NCBI GenBank assembly: GCA_019187665.1
Contig: JABARH010000003.1
Coordinates: forward strand, 222,982-254,981
Reading direction: 5' to 3'
Length of the DNA: 32,000 nucleotides
DNA from: Anaerolineales bacterium
GTDB taxonomy: Bacteria; Chloroflexota; Anaerolineae; Anaerolineales; Villigracilaceae
Shown here piece after piece: positions 29,956-32,000 of the stretch (its first letter is position 1; the number at the start of each line of letters is the position of its first letter). The notes beneath the pieces are model-generated. The model was not told the DNA's origin. It saw nothing but the letters and a program-made list of their open reading frames with translations, and did no database searches. A program made the translations under genes and the position numbers.

Positions 29956-31263
29956 ATGAATTTATTGCGCGCGCTGCGATTCCAGCCAGACACAGGCCGC
30001 AACCGGGTCGCGTTCGTTGGAGCCGGGGGAAAAACCACATCCATCTTTCAGCTGGCGCGCGAACTGCCCGCGCCGGTCCTCGTCGCATCCACGACACACT
30101 TTGGCGCGTGGCAAACGCGCCTGGCCGATACGCATCTCGTGGCAGAAATGCCCGACGATTTCGACCGGATTTCAATCGAGGGCGTCATCCTTGCAACCGG
30201 TCGCGTGGAGGGAGATCGCACCACGCCGCTGCCGGCCCGCGTTTTGAATCATGCGCGCGCACTGGACATCCCCCTGCTCATCGAATGTGACGGCGCGCGC
30301 GGCCTGCCCCTCAAAGCCCCTGCTGAACACGAGCCGCCCATCCCCGATTTTGTGGATACGGTCGTCGTCACTGCGGGATTAAGCGGACTCAGCCAGCCGC
30401 TGGATGACTCACACATTCACCGCCCGCTTCTCTTCTCAACGTTGAGCGGGCTTGGCCCTGGCGAGCCGCTCACGCCCGCAGGCGTGACGCGCGCCCTGCT
30501 CCATCCCGAGGGCGGCTTGAAAAATATTCCGCCGGGCGCGCGCCGCGTGTGCCTGCTCAACCAGGCCGACACGCCGGAACTGCAATCCGCCGCGCAAGCC
30601 ATGAGCGAAACCCTGCTGGAAAAATACGATTCAGTGATCATTGCCAGCCTGAAAGATAAGATCGTTCATGCCGTCCACGAACGCGTGGCGGGAATCATTT
30701 TGGCGGCGGGAGAATCGACCCGTTTCGGGCAACCAAAACAAATCCTCGATTGGCGCGGCGAGCCGTTTGTCCGCGTGGTGGCGAAGCAGGCGCTCGCGGC
30801 CGGACTCGCGCCGGTGATCGTAGTTACCGGCTCCCACGCCGGCCTGGTGGAAAATGCGCTCAAGGAGTTGGATGTAGCGATCGTTCACAACGAGGATTGG
30901 CGGGGCGGCCAGGGACGATCTATTGCAAAAGGAGTCGCCGCGCTTCAGGAAAATATCGGCGCGGTCCTATTTCTATTAGCGGACCAGCCGCAGGTCACAG
31001 CAGAGGTGATGCGCGCGCTGATCGAACTGCACCGGCGCGAAATGCCCGCGATCGCCGCGCCCCTCATCCTTGAGGAGAGACGCGGTAATCCCGTTCTCTT
31101 CGACCGCGCCGCCTTCACGGATCTGCTGTCGCTGCAAGGCGATGTCGGAGGCCGGGGAATCTTCCACAAGCATACAGTCGCCTATCTGCCCTGGCACGAT
31201 GACGCGTTATGGCTCGACGTGGACACGCCGGAAGATTATGAACGGCTGCTGCGCGCAACATAA
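29956..31263 (+). CDS. Fusion of YqeC-family selenium cofactor biosynthesis protein and MocA/YgfJ-like molybdenum cofactor cytidylyltransferase
   Basis: The N-terminal VAFVGAGGKTTSIFQLA...VLVASTTH is the YqeC P-loop pattern. The C-terminal half, GIILAAGESTRFGQPKQIL...LLADQP...LDVDTPEDY, is a MobA-like NTP-transferase (MocA type). Confidence 0.85.
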   Translation: MNLLRALRFQPDTGRNRVAFVGAGGKTTSIFQLARELPAPVLVASTTHFGAWQTRLADTHLVAEMPDDFDRISIEGVILATGRVEGDRTTPLPARVLNHARALDIPLLIECDGARGLPLKAPAEHEPPIPDFVDTVVVTAGLSGLSQPLDDSHIHRPLLFSTLSGLGPGEPLTPAGVTRALLHPEGGLKNIPPGARRVCLLNQADTPELQSAAQAMSETLLEKYDSVIIASLKDKIVHAVHERVAGIILAAGESTRFGQPKQILDWRGEPFVRVVAKQALAAGLAPVIVVTGSHAGLVENALKELDVAIVHNEDWRGGQGRSIAKGVAALQENIGAVLFLLADQPQVTAEVMRALIELHRREMPAIAAPLILEERRGNPVLFDRAAFTDLLSLQGDVGGRGIFHKHTVAYLPWHDDALWLDVDTPEDYERLLRAT

Positions 31264-31297
31264 AACGTCCGCTCTCGTTTGAGGGCAGACGTTTGCG

Positions 31298-31945
31298 TCA
31301 GGCCGGGGTTTGTTTTTTCTCGCGCTTCGCCTTCCACCATTCGACCGCGATCGGCACGACCGAGACAAGAATGATGGCGATGATCACAAATTCGAAATTT
31401 TTCTTCACGAAGGGGATGTTGCCGAAAAAGTAGCCCGCGAGGGTGAAGAGCGCCACCCAGGTGACGCCGCCGATGATATTCCAGCGAAAGAAAAAACCGT
31501 AGGACATGCGCCCGATGCCCGCCACAAAGGGCGCAAAGGTGCGCACGATGGGAACGAAGCGCGCCAGGAAGATCGTTTTGCCGCCGTGTTTTTCGAAGAA
31601 GGCGTGCGTTTTGTCGAGGTATTCTTTTTTGATCCACTTGATGTTGTAGGCGCGGTCGCCGAGGTAGTGGCCGATCCAGTAGTTGACCGAGTCGCCGAGG
31701 ATGGCCGCGACGATGAGCAGGATCAACAGCGCCCACACATTCAGTCCGCTTTCGAGCGCGGCGAATGTGCCGGCCGCGAAAAGCAGCGAATCGCCGGGCA
31801 GGAAGGGCGTGATGACGAAGCCAGTCTCCATGAAGATGACGCCGAAGAGGATGGCATAGGTCCACGCGCCGTATTGGGAGATGATGTTCGCAAGGTGTTC
31901 GTCGAGATGGAGGAAGAGGTCTATCAGAAATTGAATGGTTTCCAT
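31298..31945 (-). CDS. dedA: DedA-family (VTT/SNARE-associated domain) membrane protein
   Basis: [22 protein letters not shown] and [15 protein letters not shown] are DedA signatures. It is 215 aa. Confidence 0.9.
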   Translation of the reverse strand: METIQFLIDLFLHLDEHLANIISQYGAWTYAILFGVIFMETGFVITPFLPGDSLLFAAGTFAALESGLNVWALLILLIVAAILGDSVNYWIGHYLGDRAYNIKWIKKEYLDKTHAFFEKHGGKTIFLARFVPIVRTFAPFVAGIGRMSYGFFFRWNIIGGVTWVALFTLAGYFFGNIPFVKKNFEFVIIAIILVSVVPIAVEWWKAKREKKQTPA

Positions 31946-31969
31946 TGGTATCTCACAGGTTGTGTTTAG

Positions 31970-32000
31970 GCGTTAGAGAACGCCAATTATGCGTAAGCCC
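31970..32000. repeat. Second copy of the 26-nt repeat (element truncated by the window edge)
   Basis: 31970-31995 is identical to 13581-13606. It lies 25 nt upstream (minus sense) of the dedA start. On the minus strand it contains CATAAT. Confidence 0.8.

Noticed and set aside
22210-31263. Selenocysteine recoding (in-frame TGA plus SECIS) in the molybdenum hydroxylase cluster
   Set aside because: All nine genes read as uninterrupted ORFs of normal length for their families. None needs a TGA read-through, which is consistent with a labile-selenium cofactor rather than a selenoprotein.

Overview
Bacterial chromosomal window, moderately high GC by eye. The style (multiheme cytochromes, many small hairpin repeats) suggests Chloroflexota/Anaerolineae, but that is only a guess. 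I support about 31 protein genes and found no rRNA, tRNA or CRISPR. From left to right: the 3' end of a DUF3048-like gene; a secreted SH3b protein with four 46-aa Cys-containing repeats; a decayed globin-like ORF; a lower-GC toxin-antitoxin island (VapBC, AbrB/RelE-ParE, DUF2442/DUF4160) interleaved with thiolase and 3-hydroxybutyryl-CoA dehydrogenase; a cytoplasmic-type gamma-glutamyltransferase; an MFS transporter. Next is a minus-strand operon of ferredoxin, FAD oxidoreductase, a putative di-heme-b membrane protein and a 15-heme cytochrome c. Then a large GT-C-like membrane protein, a GMC oxidoreductase, kynureninase translationally coupled to a Cys-phosphatase, and class I FBP aldolase. 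The right third is a nine-gene plus-strand cluster for a xanthine-dehydrogenase-family molybdenum hydroxylase with YqeB and YqeC-MocA selenium-type maturation genes, followed by a DedA gene. Two systems stand out. (1) The cytochrome operon reads as a split, NOX-like transmembrane electron conduit that I do not recognise as a described complex. (2) Several short-period (7-10 nt) tandem-oligomer repeats, mostly arranged as hairpins, sit at gene 3' ends, in intergenic DNA and in frame inside three CDSs. They include a heptamer array of 20 units (one expanded to 9 nt) with G-quadruplex potential. All functional calls rest on motif recognition from memory and no database search was possible.
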